Assembly: GCA_024280415.1 (NCBI GenBank)
Contig: JAJRQE010000026.1
Location: 1 to 58,739, forward strand
Origin: Spirochaetota bacterium
GTDB taxonomy: Bacteria; Spirochaetota; Spirochaetia; B11-G9
Length of the DNA stretch: 58,739 nucleotides
Direction: 5' to 3'
The notes beneath the pieces are model-generated. The model saw nothing but the letters and a program-made list of their open reading frames with translations. It did not search any database and was not told the DNA's origin. Position 1 is the first letter of the stretch. Each line of letters opens with the position of its first letter. Positions 19,922-31,555 of the stretch are shown here, one piece after another. The position numbers and the translations under genes were made by a program.

Positions 19922-22900
19922 TTATAGTGTTTGGAGTTTTTTGATATAGAATTCAAGAGGTTTTACACCTTTTAATCCAAGAATCAAACAAGCTGAGTTC
20001 TTTTCGAAAACTATGGGGATATAAATACTGCCCTTCATATAGCTTAGATCACCCTCATAAATTTTTTCATCAATTTCAACAATTCTTGTCCTTCCCTGCT
20101 TAAACTGAAAGATTTTATTCTTACCTAAGATACTTTCACCGATGATATCATCCTGAGGAAAAATTAACTTTGAAACTGTTGTAGGGTTAAATCCAAGAGA
20201 ATGATCCAAAAACCATTTATCACCTTCCTGAACTATCAAACCAGCAAAAACAGCATCCAGATACTGGGATATTTTCATTAGCGATTGAATTACACCAATA
20301 TTCCCCTTTTTAAAATCTATTCTAAAACTATCATAGTTAAATCTATTTCCAGTAAATCCAGAAACCTGAGCTTTTATTACTGGATCTTCTGATTCTTCTC
20401 CTTTAGTTACAAATAAGGGTAGATCAACATCCGGCAGCTTAAACATATTTACAAAACTACTTTCATCTTCTGATTCACTTGCCGGGCTAAGAGAATCTAC
20501 CAATTCTTTCAGGCTCTTATCCTTAGGTTCAATATCCGCAGTGTATAATTCATCATTAATCTTAAATACCCCATCTTCCAGGGAAATAGATTCTTTAATA
20601 TCTGTATTATCTGCTAATTCTGACAAATCTACTATTTCCAACAAACCTCTCTCGATTAAAACTTCCAGGCGTTGGTCTAAAGTTCCCGAAAGTTCAAAAC
20701 TTTCTTGTTTAGAATCCAACTCTTCCAACTCTTCCAGTTCTTCCAGTTCTTCCAGTTCTTCCAGTTCTTCCAGTTCTTCCAGTTCTTCCAGTTCTTCCAG
20801 TTCTTCCATGATTCTATCTTTCTTCCCGGACACCGGATTATACATTTCATCCTGCACCATTGCTTCAACCTTTTCAACTACAGATATATTATCATCAACT
20901 ACTTCCAGAAACCCCTGAATCGACCCGGAGGAGGTTGTATATGTTAAATTATAAATGTTAAAATTTTCTGAAACATTTTCCAACTTATATATTTTTTCCT
21001 CATCATTCAGAACCAGAGTTAAATTTTCTAGCTCATCTTCAAGATTATCAGTACTATTTTCCTGTAAAGGAACTTCTACATAGGATAATTCGTCGTAGTT
21101 TTCTGAAAATATATTCAATTCTGTATTCGAATCATCACCATCATAATAATCAAGTAAATTTTCCATACTTTTCTGACTGAATATTTCCTTTTCAAGATCA
21201 ACAATAGCAGTAAGTTTAAATTTACCATCAAAGATCCCAATATTTTCGAGTTCATTATCCAAATCAACTTCACGATACCTGGATGAATTATCATCTTCAG
21301 GATCAAAACTTAAAATGTCAATATCCGGAATTAGAAGAATATCATTAAGATCTTCCAGTCCCTCAAAACTGTTATCAGAAAGAGATTGGGTACTGATAAA
21401 TTGTTCTTCACCTTCGACAAGCTCAGGTACCATATCATCACTGACAGTTTCGAATACATCCACTTCAGATATTTCTTCTATCTCTTCCAGAGATTCCAGT
21501 TCCTCATCACCTTCTTCAAGTTCATCCAGCTCCTCACCTTCGACAAGCTCAGGTACCATATCATCAGTGACAGTTTCGAATACATCCACTTCAGATACTT
21601 CTTCTATCTCTTCCAGAGATTCCAGTTCCTCATCACCTTCTTCAAGTTCCTCCAGCTCTTCTACTTCTTCAATCTCGTGATCAGTAATGTTATTATCAGT
21701 AGCCTTGCTTCGACTCTCCAGAGGAGACCTTTCAATCTGAGCAGTACCAGCCAAAATCGAAGGACTCGCTTTAAGTATTTTTGTTAAAACATCTTCAAGA
21801 TTAGAAATTCCAATACTGGATTGGGAAGATTCAGAAATTCGACTATCTATCAGATTTAAAAGCTCTTCCCATGATCGATCTATAAGTTTATCGATCTCCG
21901 CTGCCTGATCTTTGCGAACACGCCCCAATCCTCGCTGGATATCTTTTTTTATTATATCACCCTTAAACTGCAGACCTCGCTGCCAGTTTTTAAGATCCAG
22001 GTTTTCTCTATTTTCCAGATATTCCCTTAAGAATACAGCCTGAAGTTTTTTTATACGGCTGTTGATGATTATTAATTTATCTTGTCTTAAACTAAAGAGA
22101 AGAAATATAATAAGAAAAGAGGTTGTAAAAAAAGCAATGGACAAAAAAACTTTTAGGAATCCATCGATTTTGTAATTATTCAGATTAATTAATTCACCTA
22201 TATTACCTAATCCAGGTATTTCACTTGAAATAAGAACATAATCCTCTCCAGTTACTGAATCAGTAAATAGTCTTGTTGAATCTGACAACAGATTCTCCCA
22301 TTTAGTCTTTTCCCTGGCAAATTCATCGAGATTGGATATTACAGCCCCAAAGACCAAACCATCATCATAAATACTAAGTTTACCATCAATCTTCATCAAT
22401 CCTTTCTCTATAAGATATCTACGAAGATCACCCAGAGAAACCACAACAATTGCTGATCCCCTTGTTATTCCCAATTTATCTACAGTCGTAAATCTGTAAA
22501 TTATCTGGTTACCAATACTATCTAGATAAATTGCATAATCACTGACTGCTGTATTAGCAAGAAGATTAAAATCGATAATATTCTTTGAAGCTTCTTCAAG
22601 GTTTTTATAAACTTTTCTAAAAACAGTACTTCCTGATTTTTCTGCAAAGTCTGCAGAACTATAGTGAATTTGTTGTTTATCATCATAAAACCAGATAAAT
22701 TGAATTCCCTGAAATTCCTCTTTAAACAATTTTATTAAATTATCAAATTTAGTTATATACTCTTCATCCCACTGGGAAGAATATATTTTTTGGATATCAA
22801 GACTTTCCAGTATTAAACTAAAACGTTTACGATACTTTTCATTATAACTCTTAATTTCATCGACTTTTACTATAAGTTCATTTTGATCTAATTCCTGGAC

Positions 22901-23023
22901 TCTTTTATTGAATATCTCTAATTCAAAATATGAGAAAAGGCCTGTATAGCCAAGAAACACTACAACAGAGGTAAATATAACTGTTATTAATAAACTTAGA
23001 GATATACGCTGTAGTGCATTCAT
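19922..23023 (-). CDS. Membrane protein with two TM helices flanking a sensor-like extracytoplasmic domain, a very acidic low-complexity cytoplasmic region and a C-terminal globular domain
   Basis: 1033-aa ORF with SD GGAGGGAG; Glu-rich tandem repeats; no family recognised with certainty. Confidence 0.8.
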   Translation of the reverse strand: MNALQRISLSLLITVIFTSVVVFLGYTGLFSYFELEIFNKRVQELDQNELIVKVDEIKSYNEKYRKRFSLILESLDIQKIYSSQWDEEYITKFDNLIKLFKEEFQGIQFIWFYDDKQQIHYSSADFAEKSGSTVFRKVYKNLEEASKNIIDFNLLANTAVSDYAIYLDSIGNQIIYRFTTVDKLGITRGSAIVVVSLGDLRRYLIEKGLMKIDGKLSIYDDGLVFGAVISNLDEFAREKTKWENLLSDSTRLFTDSVTGEDYVLISSEIPGLGNIGELINLNNYKIDGFLKVFLSIAFFTTSFLIIFLLFSLRQDKLIIINSRIKKLQAVFLREYLENRENLDLKNWQRGLQFKGDIIKKDIQRGLGRVRKDQAAEIDKLIDRSWEELLNLIDSRISESSQSSIGISNLEDVLTKILKASPSILAGTAQIERSPLESRSKATDNNITDHEIEEVEELEELEEGDEELESLEEIEEVSEVDVFETVTDDMVPELVEGEELDELEEGDEELESLEEIEEISEVDVFETVSDDMVPELVEGEEQFISTQSLSDNSFEGLEDLNDILLIPDIDILSFDPEDDNSSRYREVDLDNELENIGIFDGKFKLTAIVDLEKEIFSQKSMENLLDYYDGDDSNTELNIFSENYDELSYVEVPLQENSTDNLEDELENLTLVLNDEEKIYKLENVSENFNIYNLTYTTSSGSIQGFLEVVDDNISVVEKVEAMVQDEMYNPVSGKKDRIMEELEELEELEELEELEELEELEELEELEELDSKQESFELSGTLDQRLEVLIERGLLEIVDLSELADNTDIKESISLEDGVFKINDELYTADIEPKDKSLKELVDSLSPASESEDESSFVNMFKLPDVDLPLFVTKGEESEDPVIKAQVSGFTGNRFNYDSFRIDFKKGNIGVIQSLMKISQYLDAVFAGLIVQEGDKWFLDHSLGFNPTTVSKLIFPQDDIIGESILGKNKIFQFKQGRTRIVEIDEKIYEGDLSYMKGSIYIPIVFEKNSACLILGLKGVKPLEFYIKKLQTL
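20717..20806 (-). repeat. 9-bp tandem repeat x10 encoding (EEL)10
   Basis: 8 x GAAGAACTG plus 2 x GAAGAGTTG on the coding strand. Confidence 0.95.
21408..21659 (-). repeat. 126-bp near-identical tandem duplication (42 aa)
   Basis: tcaccttcgacaagctcaggtacc starts at 21408 and again at 21534. Confidence 0.93.
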
Positions 23024-23111
23024 AAACTACTGAAACTCCCCTCCTGCTGCCAAGATACTAAATCACACTACTTTATCGGCTGAATTGCAAAGAAGGCTAA
23101 GGTGTATATAT

Positions 23112-23147
23112 AAAAAAAGAGCTGTCAAATCTTGTTTTTGACAGCTC
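23112..23147 (-). terminator. Intrinsic terminator after rplQ
   Basis: Stem gagctgtcaaa/tttgacagctc followed by T7 on the minus strand. Confidence 0.85.
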
Positions 23148-23169
23148 CTCAATATTCAATAGACAAATA

Positions 23170-23694
23170 CTATTCTTCGGTAGTTGTTGTCTCTTCAGCA
23201 GAATCTTCAGCTTTCACTTCAGCTTTCACTTCAGCTTTCACTTCAGCTTTTGCTTCCTTTGGTTCAGATTGAGTTTTCATTTCCGATTTTTTGGATTTGG
23301 TTTTCCCGGAGTCCTTTTTATCAGATCCGGAATCGCCATCTTTTTCAACCAATTCAAGAATAACCAGCTCTGCAGCATCACCCTGCCTATGTCCCAGCTT
23401 AAGTACTCGTGTATAACCGCCAGGTCGTTTCTCGTTTCTGGGAGCTATCTCTGTAAAAAGCTTAGCAAGAATATCTTTATCCTTAATATCTTTTGCAATT
23501 TGTCTTCGATTATGTACCGAATCAATTTTTGCTTTAGTTATCATTTTCTCTACAGTTCTCTTTACAGCAAGAGCTTTCGACTTAGTTGTTGTTATACGTT
23601 CATATCTTAAGAGAGAAGTAGCCATATTCCTATGCAGAGCTTTTCTGTGACTTGTTTTTAGTCCAAGCTTATTGAACCCTACTCTATGCTTCAT
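23170..23694 (-). CDS. rplQ: 50S ribosomal protein L17 with long low-complexity tail
   Basis: [11 protein letters not shown]...[12 protein letters not shown]. Confidence 0.96.
   Translation of the reverse strand: MKHRVGFNKLGLKTSHRKALHRNMATSLLRYERITTTKSKALAVKRTVEKMITKAKIDSVHNRRQIAKDIKDKDILAKLFTEIAPRNEKRPGGYTRVLKLGHRQGDAAELVILELVEKDGDSGSDKKDSGKTKSKKSEMKTQSEPKEAKAEVKAEVKAEVKAEDSAEETTTTEE
23206..23250 (-). repeat. 12-bp tandem repeat x3.75 encoding (KAEV)n in the L17 tail
   Basis: ttcagctttcac repeated on the plus strand. Confidence 0.9.
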
Positions 23695-24739
23695 TTTCTT
23701 CTTCCTCATTCATTTCGAGTTTTCTGGAAGTTTTCAGGACACTATAGTCAGTCATCCCCAAACTTAAATTCCACTCTTTTAGTTTTTCTTTTATTTCAAG
23801 TAACGATTTCTTTCCAAAATTTCTAGTTTTAGCTATTTCATCCTCAGATTTTCTGGTTAAATCGCCAATTGTTCTGATATTGGCATTTTTCAAACAATTG
23901 CTTGACCGTACGGAGAGTTCCAGTTCCTCAACGGGTGTTACAAGGATAGATTTAATTCTTTCCTCTTCCTCGTCAATTTCTTCGTCTCCAGTAACTGCAT
24001 CCTCATCGAAATTGATAAAAATTGTAAAATGATCTTTAGCAATTTTAGCTGCTTCTGCAAGGGCATCAGCAGGACCAAGTGTGCCATTGGTAAAAATTTC
24101 AAGAATCATTTTATCATAATCGTTACGCTGACCAACACGGGTATTCTCTATAGAATAACGTACACGCTTGATAGGTGAAAAAATAGCATCTATCGGTATT
24201 GTTCCTATGACATCAATATATTTTTCATTTATTTCAGAAGGGACATAACCACGTCCATGATCAACCTGTATTTCAAAATCAATTTTAGCTTTGTCCATCA
24301 TTGTGAATAATTCAAGATCACCATTTGTTACTTCAACACCTTCACTTTTTCCAAAAACCTCACCCTTAACGATACCCGGACCACTTAGTTCAACAAGTAT
24401 CGTCATTTGGTCTACGCCTTCTGGTAGTTTTATCTGCAGATGCTTCAAATTGTTCAGTATTTCCGGTGTATCCTCTGATACCTCAGCTATTGATTCAAAT
24501 TCACTTGATATCATATGGGGTGTACCGTCTTCATTATAAGTAGTGATCTTTACAGCCGAAATAGCAAATCCCTGAATTGAGGATAACAGAATCCTTCTCA
24601 GAGTATTAGCAATTGTGGTACCGTATCCACGTTCAAACGGATACGCTATAAACTTCCCATAATTGGTGTCTACTTCGCTATGCTCAAAAGTTATCCCTTT
24701 CGGCATTTTAAATCCCTTCAAAAGGTTTTTCTGCGCCAT
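23684..24739 (-). CDS. rpoA: RNA polymerase subunit alpha
   Basis: [22 protein letters not shown]; [12 protein letters not shown]. Confidence 0.98.
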   Translation of the reverse strand: MAQKNLLKGFKMPKGITFEHSEVDTNYGKFIAYPFERGYGTTIANTLRRILLSSIQGFAISAVKITTYNEDGTPHMISSEFESIAEVSEDTPEILNNLKHLQIKLPEGVDQMTILVELSGPGIVKGEVFGKSEGVEVTNGDLELFTMMDKAKIDFEIQVDHGRGYVPSEINEKYIDVIGTIPIDAIFSPIKRVRYSIENTRVGQRNDYDKMILEIFTNGTLGPADALAEAAKIAKDHFTIFINFDEDAVTGDEEIDEEEERIKSILVTPVEELELSVRSSNCLKNANIRTIGDLTRKSEDEIAKTRNFGKKSLLEIKEKLKEWNLSLGMTDYSVLKTSRKLEMNEEEENEA

Positions 24740-24747
24740 GCAAACTC

Positions 24748-25383
24748 CTATCTAGAATAAAGTTCTACGATTAACTGAACATTTACATCAAGAAGATCAT
24801 TTACTTCACTTCTTTGTGGAAATGCATTAATTTTGCCTTTCATTTCATCTGGATTTAGATCCATCCATGGATACACACCTGATTTTGTGTATTCTTTAAG
24901 GCTTTCTTTAATTACAACCATTTTCTGACTTTTAGCCTGTACCGATACCTCGTCGTTTAATTTTAAACGATAGGATCCGATTGTAACTCTCTTACCATTA
25001 ACCAGAATATGTCCGTGTGAAACAAGCTGTCTTGCCTGTTTTCTGGAAGAAGCAAACCTCATCCTGTAGACTGTATTATCCAACCTTCTTTCAAGTAAAG
25101 TTATCAGGTTGTCACCGGTCTTTCCCAGTAATCTGTCAGCTTCCTGGAATGTAAGTTTAAACTGCTTTTCAAGCATTCCAAAAGTTCTTTTCAATTTCTG
25201 CTTTTCCCTAAGCTGGATTCCATAATCAGAACGTTTTTTTGCTCTAAACCTTGGACCCTTACCTGGAGGGCTTGCTTTTTTTGCTATTGGGCACTTGGCA
25301 CTATAGCATCGCTCCCCTTTGAGAAAGAGCTTTGTATTCTCAGCCCGGCAAAGCCTACACTGAGGACCTACATATCTTGCCAT
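24748..25383 (-). CDS. rpsD: 30S ribosomal protein S4
   Basis: [13 protein letters not shown]; [11 protein letters not shown]. Confidence 0.98.
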   Translation of the reverse strand: MARYVGPQCRLCRAENTKLFLKGERCYSAKCPIAKKASPPGKGPRFRAKKRSDYGIQLREKQKLKRTFGMLEKQFKLTFQEADRLLGKTGDNLITLLERRLDNTVYRMRFASSRKQARQLVSHGHILVNGKRVTIGSYRLKLNDEVSVQAKSQKMVVIKESLKEYTKSGVYPWMDLNPDEMKGKINAFPQRSEVNDLLDVNVQLIVELYSR

Positions 25384-25395
25384 TCTTTTACCTCT

Positions 25396-25773
25396 TTATA
25401 CTCTTCTTGTCTTTTTAGGTCTGCAACCATTATGAGGGATGGGTGTGACATCCTTGATACTTCTTACCAGAAGACCAAGATTACCCAAAGAACGTATTGC
25501 CGATTCACGCCCTACTCCAGGACCCTTGACAAATACATGAACCTCTTTTAAGCCAAAATCGATGGCTTTCTTAGCTGCAGTTTCTGCAGTTACCTGTGCT
25601 GCATAAGGTGTAGATTTTTTTGCGCCGCGAAAACCTAACCCTCCTGCACTTGCCCATGAAACCGCATTTCCATTTAAATCTGTAACAGTAACAATTGTAT
25701 TGTTAAAGGTAGCCTGCACATAAACATTTCCTTCATATACAGTCTTCTTCGTTTTCTTTTTAGTTTTAGCCAC
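25396..25773 (-). CDS. rpsK: 30S ribosomal protein S11
   Basis: ATFNNTIVT; [12 protein letters not shown]. Confidence 0.98.
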   Translation of the reverse strand: MAKTKKKTKKTVYEGNVYVQATFNNTIVTVTDLNGNAVSWASAGGLGFRGAKKSTPYAAQVTAETAAKKAIDFGLKEVHVFVKGPGVGRESAIRSLGNLGLLVRSIKDVTPIPHNGCRPKKTRRV

Positions 25774-25788
25774 TTATATCCTCCAACC

Positions 25789-26154
25789 TTACTTCTTCTT
25801 TCCTGCTACTGTCTTCTTCTTTCCCTTTCTGGTTCTTGCATTCGTTTTTGTCCGCTGTCCCCTTACAGGAAGGCCTCGTCTATGCCTAAGTCCTCTATAA
25901 CAACCTATATCCATTAATCTTTTAATATTAAGAGCTGTCTGAGTTCTAAGTCTTCCTTCCACAGTATAATCACTGTCAATTGCTGCTCTAATCTGATTTA
26001 TCTCTTCAGAAGATAAATCATTAATTCGGATATCAGTATCAATTCCTGTTTTCTTACATATTTCAACAGCAGAAGTTCTGCCGATTCCATAAATGTATGT
26101 CAGTGCAATTTTAACTGCCTTATTCGGAAGGTCTATTCCTGAAATTCTTGCCAT
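25789..26154 (-). CDS. rpsM: 30S ribosomal protein S13
   Basis: [10 protein letters not shown]; [17 protein letters not shown]. Confidence 0.98.
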   Translation of the reverse strand: MARISGIDLPNKAVKIALTYIYGIGRTSAVEICKKTGIDTDIRINDLSSEEINQIRAAIDSDYTVEGRLRTQTALNIKRLMDIGCYRGLRHRRGLPVRGQRTKTNARTRKGKKKTVAGKKK

Positions 26155-26167
26155 TTAGATGATCCCC

Positions 26168-26281
26168 CTACCTCTGCCTCTGCTTATGTTTGGGATTCTC
26201 ACAAATAATTCTGACAACCCCTTTACGACGTATTACCTTACACTTATCACACATAGGTTTAACACTTACTCTTACTTTCAT
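26168..26281 (-). CDS. rpmJ: 50S ribosomal protein L36
   Basis: Manual translation [37 protein letters not shown]. Confidence 0.97.
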   Translation of the reverse strand: MKVRVSVKPMCDKCKVIRRKGVVRIICENPKHKQRQR

Positions 26282-26292
26282 ATCTTTATCCT

Positions 26293-27615
26293 CTATAAGT
26301 TCCTAGATCTGATCTTACCTTTTTTCATGATTCCATCATGATGATGCATCCTGAGATGACCCTCAATCTGGGACATTGTATCCAAATCAACACCTACCAT
26401 AATTAACAATGAAGTACCACCCATTAACATTGCTACAGCGATTGGAAAATTAAAAAGCTTCTGTACAATAGTTGGTATAATAGCTATAAAAGCTAAAAAC
26501 ATTGAACCGGGTAATACAATCCTGTTTAATATTTTTGAAAGATGTTCTTCCATCTTCTCACTTCGTATACCTGGTATAGAACCTCCATTTTCCCTTATCT
26601 GTTTTGCAATTTCTACCGGATTTAGTGTGACCTGAGTATAAAAATATGCAAAAAATATAATCAGTAATGTATAGATTATAATATAAGGTGAACCCTGAGG
26701 TCTCAGCCAATATGAAAAACTTGCAAGCCATTTTACTTCAGGTCCAAGATTTCCTGCTATCTGTAAAGGAAAAGTTAAAACAGATGAAGCAAATATAACT
26801 GGAATAACACCCGAAGGGTTTATTTTAAAAGGAATGTATGTACTTTGAGCACCATACATTTTTCTTCCAACTACACGTTTTGCATAGTTAACCGGTATCT
26901 TCCGCTGCCCCTGCTGTTCATAAATTACAAGTGCTACAACCGCAACAAACATTGCTATAACAATAATAACATGAACAGTATTTATCTCACCGCTTTTTAC
27001 CATTCTAAAAAGTGTTATAAAGGCATTGGGCATACGCGCTACTATACCTGCAAAAATAATAAGTGATATGCCATTACCCTCTCCACGCTGGGTTATCTGC
27101 CCTCCGATCCATATAAGAAAAACAGTTCCGGTTGTTACTGTGAGCATTGCAATAATCGTATACTGCAGACGCCCCATAGTAATAGCATTCGGGATTGAAT
27201 TAGCATATACAGTTACAACATATGACTGAAGAATACATATTACCAGAGTTGCATAACGGGTAATACGCTGAACTTTCTTTCGTCCGCCATCTTCTTCGGA
27301 CATCCTCTTAAGAGAAGGAATAACCAGCAATAGAAGCTGCATAATAATCTGCGCAGAGATGTAAGGCATTATACCAAGCATAAAAATAGAAAAGTTCTTG
27401 AATGCACCACCGGCAAAGAAATCTATATACTCTGTAATACCAATATTACTGGATCCCTGCTGAGACATAAAATATAGTTTTAAAGCATTGATATCAATTC
27501 CGGGAATCGGTAAAGTTGCACCCAGTCGAAAAACAATAAGCATAGAAATTGTAAAAAATATCCTCTGCCTTAATTCTTTGACCCTAAATACATCTATGAA
27601 CGCATTATTAGCCAT
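26293..27615 (-). CDS. secY: Preprotein translocase subunit SecY
   Basis: [16 protein letters not shown]; [10 protein letters not shown]; GGTSLLI. Confidence 0.98.
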   Translation of the reverse strand: MANNAFIDVFRVKELRQRIFFTISMLIVFRLGATLPIPGIDINALKLYFMSQQGSSNIGITEYIDFFAGGAFKNFSIFMLGIMPYISAQIIMQLLLLVIPSLKRMSEEDGGRKKVQRITRYATLVICILQSYVVTVYANSIPNAITMGRLQYTIIAMLTVTTGTVFLIWIGGQITQRGEGNGISLIIFAGIVARMPNAFITLFRMVKSGEINTVHVIIVIAMFVAVVALVIYEQQGQRKIPVNYAKRVVGRKMYGAQSTYIPFKINPSGVIPVIFASSVLTFPLQIAGNLGPEVKWLASFSYWLRPQGSPYIIIYTLLIIFFAYFYTQVTLNPVEIAKQIRENGGSIPGIRSEKMEEHLSKILNRIVLPGSMFLAFIAIIPTIVQKLFNFPIAVAMLMGGTSLLIMVGVDLDTMSQIEGHLRMHHHDGIMKKGKIRSRNL

Positions 27616-28063
27616 TATTACCTTCTTTAATTCCGATCACCGTTCCGCCGGCTTTTTCAATTTTTTCTTTTGCCCCGGCAGTTATTTTCTCTACCTGAAC
27701 TTCAAGTTTAATTTTGAGATCACCATTACCAAGGATTTTTACCAGATTTTTTTTACCTTTTAATAAACCCTTTTCTCTAAGAGAACCAGTGTTAACCACA
27801 TCACCATCCTTAAATTTCAACTCAAGGCTTGAAACATTAACTATTGTATACTCTTTTTTGAAGGGATAATTAGAAAAACCTCTATGGGCAATTCTTCGAT
27901 AAAGAGGCATCTGACCACCTTCAAACCCTGGTCTTGTTCCACCTCCGGATCGTGAATTCTGGCCGTCATGTCCTCGCCCGGCAGTTCTTCCTTTGCCGCC
28001 CTTACCACGGCCTACAATTGTTTTCTTTCTGTTGGCACCTCGGGGTGCTTTTATCTGATCCAT
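27608..28063 (-). CDS. rplO: 50S ribosomal protein L15
   Basis: GFEGGQMPLYRR. Confidence 0.97.
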   Translation of the reverse strand: MDQIKAPRGANRKKTIVGRGKGGKGRTAGRGHDGQNSRSGGGTRPGFEGGQMPLYRRIAHRGFSNYPFKKEYTIVNVSSLELKFKDGDVVNTGSLREKGLLKGKKNLVKILGNGDLKIKLEVQVEKITAGAKEKIEKAGGTVIGIKEGNNG

Positions 28064-28065
28064 GA

Positions 28066-28263
28066 TTATTTGATCTCCTCAACTTTCACAAGATGTGATA
28101 CTGTGTTGACCATGCCCATGATAACAGGATTCATTTCCTGTTCAACAGTACTGTTCATTTTCTTTAAACCAAGAGCTTTAACTGTTTTCCTTTGTGCAGG
28201 CAAACGACCTATTACACTCCTGACAAGTTGTATACGTATTTTTTTAGCCTTCTTCTTAGCCAT
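28066..28263 (-). CDS. rpmD: 50S ribosomal protein L30
   Basis: LVRSVIGR...TVKALGL; spc operon position. Confidence 0.95.
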   Translation of the reverse strand: MAKKKAKKIRIQLVRSVIGRLPAQRKTVKALGLKKMNSTVEQEMNPVIMGMVNTVSHLVKVEEIK

Positions 28264-28265
28264 CA

Positions 28266-28754
28266 CTAACCCCACATCTCGTCAAGGGATTTACCCCTGT
28301 TCTTTGCAATCTCTTTGGCATCAAAAATGTTTTCAAATCCATTAAATGTAGCCTTAACAATATTCATTGTATTTTTTGATCCCAGAGATTTACTTAAAAT
28401 ATCATGTATACCGCAAGCTTCCATTATTGCTCTTACAGGACCTCCTGCTATAACACCGGTACCTGGTGAAGCAGGCTTAAGGAGAACACTTGCACTTTTG
28501 AAGTTACCAATTATTTCATGGGGTATAGTAGAATTTTTTACAGGAACAGTAATAAGATTTTTCTTTGCTTTTTCAATGCTTTTTCGAATTGCCTCAGCTA
28601 CATCATTCGCCTTTCCAAAACCAAAGCCTACTCTTCCGTTCCGATCACCAACTACCATAAGGGCAGAAAATGAAAATCTTCTACCACCCTTAACTACTTT
28701 AGCAACTCTGTTAAGCTTTATGAGCTTTTCAACAAACTCTTTATCTTTATCCAC
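28266..28754 (-). CDS. rpsE: 30S ribosomal protein S5
   Basis: [15 protein letters not shown]. Confidence 0.98.
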   Translation of the reverse strand: MDKDKEFVEKLIKLNRVAKVVKGGRRFSFSALMVVGDRNGRVGFGFGKANDVAEAIRKSIEKAKKNLITVPVKNSTIPHEIIGNFKSASVLLKPASPGTGVIAGGPVRAIMEACGIHDILSKSLGSKNTMNIVKATFNGFENIFDAKEIAKNRGKSLDEMWG

Positions 28755-28762
28755 ATTCCCCC

Positions 28763-29122
28763 CTAAAACTTAATGCCGGATTTTCTGGCACCTTCAGCAA
28801 TACCTTTAACTATACCGTGATATAGATAGCCATTCCTGTCAAAAACAACAGTTGATATTTTTTTAGCTTTTAGTCTGGCACCTATTTCAGTACCTAATTT
28901 TGTTGCATTCTCAACATTGTTCTTTAAATCTTTAAAAGAAGCTTCCATTGAACTGACAGATGCAATAGTATTTCCTGCAATATCATCAATTACCTGAACA
29001 TACATGTTTTTTGAACTTCTAAAGACAGTCATCCTGGGTCGTACTGTTGTACCGGAAATGGATTTACGAATATGTTTTTTTCGTCTTTGTCGTCTTTTAC
29101 CTTTTTCTTCAACTCTTTTCAT
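28763..29122 (-). CDS. rplR: 50S ribosomal protein L18
   Basis: RPRMTVFRS; [12 protein letters not shown]. Confidence 0.97.
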   Translation of the reverse strand: MKRVEEKGKRRQRRKKHIRKSISGTTVRPRMTVFRSSKNMYVQVIDDIAGNTIASVSSMEASFKDLKNNVENATKLGTEIGARLKAKKISTVVFDRNGYLYHGIVKGIAEGARKSGIKF

Positions 29123-29130
29123 ACCCGAAC

Positions 29131-29670
29131 CTACTTAATACCCGATTTTCCGATTTTTCTTCGGATTGTCTCTTCTTCGTATTTAATACCCTTGCCTTTA
29201 TATGGCTCAGGTGGACGAAGAGATCTTATCTCAGCACATGTCTGACCAACTTTCTGCTTATCTATCCCGGAAACAGTAATTTTATTGGTGCCTTCGCAGC
29301 TAATGGTAATATCATTACTGATGTAATATTCAATCTGAGTAGAAAATCCCAAATTTAAAAAGAGAATTTCTCCTTTTACTTCTGCACGATAACCAACCCC
29401 GTTAATTAATAACGACCTGGTAAATCCAACAGATACACCCGTAATCATATTCCTGACCAGCTGTCTATACAAACCATGGAATGCATGAGACCTTTTAGAA
29501 TCGTTTTTTATTCCAACGATTACTTTATCATCTTTTACTTCGAAAGCTACCTCAGGTTGAAAATCCTGAGTAAGCTTCCCTTTGGGCCCTTCAACTGTAA
29601 CTAAATTATCAGTTGTGCTTACCTTTACACCCTGAGGTATCTGGACCGGTAATTTACCAATTCTTGACAT
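29131..29670 (-). CDS. rplF: 50S ribosomal protein L6
   Basis: MSRIGKLP; RPPEPYKGKGIKY. Confidence 0.98.
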   Translation of the reverse strand: MSRIGKLPVQIPQGVKVSTTDNLVTVEGPKGKLTQDFQPEVAFEVKDDKVIVGIKNDSKRSHAFHGLYRQLVRNMITGVSVGFTRSLLINGVGYRAEVKGEILFLNLGFSTQIEYYISNDITISCEGTNKITVSGIDKQKVGQTCAEIRSLRPPEPYKGKGIKYEEETIRRKIGKSGIK

Positions 29671-29682
29671 ATTTACCTCACC

Positions 29683-30081
29683 TTACCATACAGAACAAAT
29701 CAGTTCACCACCGACTTTTTGTTCTGAAGCCTTTCTGCCTGTAATTACACCAGTTGATGTTGATACAATAACAATTCCGTGACCATTGTAAATTCTGGGC
29801 ATTTTTTTATATCCCATATAAAATCTCCTACCAGGAGTAGAGATTTTTTTCAGGCCGTGGATAATAGGTTTATCAGTAGTATCATATTTCAAAAATATTC
29901 TGATACTATTAATATTATCCTTGGTGGTCTTCTTAAAGTTTTTAATATATCCCTCATTTTTAAGTATCTTAACTACTTCAAGCTTTAACTTTGAAGTGGT
30001 TACATCTACTTTTTCGAAACGCGCACTACTGGCATTACGAATTTTTGTAAGCATATCTGCTAAAGGATCTGATACTGACAT
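29683..30081 (-). CDS. rpsH: 30S ribosomal protein S8
   Basis: [13 protein letters not shown]; GGELICSVW. Confidence 0.98.
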   Translation of the reverse strand: MSVSDPLADMLTKIRNASSARFEKVDVTTSKLKLEVVKILKNEGYIKNFKKTTKDNINSIRIFLKYDTTDKPIIHGLKKISTPGRRFYMGYKKMPRIYNGHGIVIVSTSTGVITGRKASEQKVGGELICSVW

Positions 30082-30091
30082 TTCGTTCTCC

Positions 30092-30277
30092 CTACCAGCT
30101 TGATTTTGTTACACCTGGAATCAGACCTTCACTGGCCAGTTTCCTGAAACAAATCCTACACATCTGGAATTTCCTCATATACCCTCTGGGTCTTCCACAT
30201 ATACGACACCTATTAACAATACGTGTACTGTATTTTGGTTTCCGCTGGGCTTTTATAATCATAGATTTTTTTGCCAC
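30092..30277 (-). CDS. rpsN: 30S ribosomal protein S14, short zinc-binding (type Z)
   Basis: 61 aa, CRIC...CRIC. Confidence 0.97.
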   Translation of the reverse strand: MAKKSMIIKAQRKPKYSTRIVNRCRICGRPRGYMRKFQMCRICFRKLASEGLIPGVTKSSW

Positions 30278-30288
30278 AATTAAACTCC

Positions 30289-30840
30289 CTACTTCCTAAA
30301 AGGCATACCAAGTTTTTTTAAAAGCACCCTTGCTTCCTGATCTGTATTGGCTGTTGTAACAATCGCAACATTCAGTCCGCTGACTCTTTCAATTTTATCA
30401 TAATCAATTTCAGGAAATATTATCTGTTCTGTTATTCCCATTGAAAAATTACCATGTCCGTCAAAAGCATTAGGATTTATTCCCCTAAAGTCCTTTATTC
30501 GTGCAATAGCAACATTCATCAACCGATCCAGAAACTCCCACATTTGATTTCCCCGAAGAGTAACCTTAGCTCCAATCTCGACACCTTCACGTAATTTAAA
30601 ATTAGAAATTGACTTACGAGCTTTCGTCTTTACCACATGCTGACCGGAAATCAGCTCCAGTTCTTTTACAGCAGATTCCAAAAACTTTTTATTAGAGATT
30701 GCATCACCCACCCCTACATTTAGAGAGACCTTTTCAATACGAGGAATCTCCATTACGGATTTGTAACCAAACTCTTCAAAAAGCTCTTTTGACACCTGCT
30801 GCTTATAAAGCTTCTTCACATTAGGTACATACTGTTCCAT
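30289..30840 (-). CDS. rplE: 50S ribosomal protein L5
   Basis: KVTLRG; EQIIFPEI. Confidence 0.98.
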   Translation of the reverse strand: MEQYVPNVKKLYKQQVSKELFEEFGYKSVMEIPRIEKVSLNVGVGDAISNKKFLESAVKELELISGQHVVKTKARKSISNFKLREGVEIGAKVTLRGNQMWEFLDRLMNVAIARIKDFRGINPNAFDGHGNFSMGITEQIIFPEIDYDKIERVSGLNVAIVTTANTDQEARVLLKKLGMPFRK

Positions 30841-31159
30841 TAGAGCACTTCTCCAGTTTTCCTGGCAAATCTTACTTTCTTGCCATTCTCAAATTTATAA
30901 CCAATCTTAGTCACCTGACCGCCTTTTGTAGTCATTGCAACATTGGAAATATGTAGTGGTGCTTCAATTTCAATAATTCCACCCGTATCCTGCTGACTCT
31001 TTTTCTTAGCGGCCTTTTGACCATATTAAGTCCCTGCACAATAACTCTTCCACTAACTCTGTCAATCTTTAATACACGTCCGGTTTTACCTTTTTCTTTT
31101 CCGGTCAAAACCTTTACTGTATCATCTTTTTTTATTCTGGTTTTCATTTTCTCTTTCAT
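30840..31159 (-). CDS. rplX: 50S ribosomal protein L24, frameshifted as given (1 nt missing near 31015-31018)
   Basis: N-half [17 protein letters not shown]; C-half in another frame [15 protein letters not shown]...[13 protein letters not shown] ending in a TAATG overlap with rplE. Confidence 0.92.
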
Positions 31160-31168
31160 GACAACCCC

Positions 31169-31537
31169 TTAAAGCACTTCCGGAGCGAGGGAAACGATCT
31201 TCATCTGACCTGCATCCCTCAACTCTCTTGCAACAGGTCCAAAAATACGCTTTCCCTTTGGATTACTATTTGCATCAATAATAACACAAGCATTATCATC
31301 AAAACGAATATACGTACCATCAGGCCTTCTGTATTCCTTCTTGGTTCTTACTATTACAGCTTTCTGAACTTCACCTTTCCTTATTGCCGCATTTGGTATA
31401 GCATCTTTAACCGCAACAACAATAACATCACCTATTCCGGCAATAGTTCGTTTACTTCCACCAAGAACCTTAATACACTGAACTCTTTTTGCGCCACTAT
31501 TATCTGCCACATTCAGATATGTCTGCATCTGTATCAT
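31169..31537 (-). CDS. rplN: 50S ribosomal protein L14
   Basis: [17 protein letters not shown]. Confidence 0.98.
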   Translation of the reverse strand: MIQMQTYLNVADNSGAKRVQCIKVLGGSKRTIAGIGDVIVVAVKDAIPNAAIRKGEVQKAVIVRTKKEYRRPDGTYIRFDDNACVIIDANSNPKGKRIFGPVARELRDAGQMKIVSLAPEVL

Positions 31538-31555
31538 AACGCAACTCCTTTTATT

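Noticed and set aside
20717-21659. Tandem repeats as a possible CRISPR array
   Set aside because: No unique spacers; in-frame coding repeats; no cas genes in the window
26281-26293. Absence of adk, map and infA between secY and rpmJ
   Set aside because: A common arrangement in many bacteria, including spirochaetes; not novel
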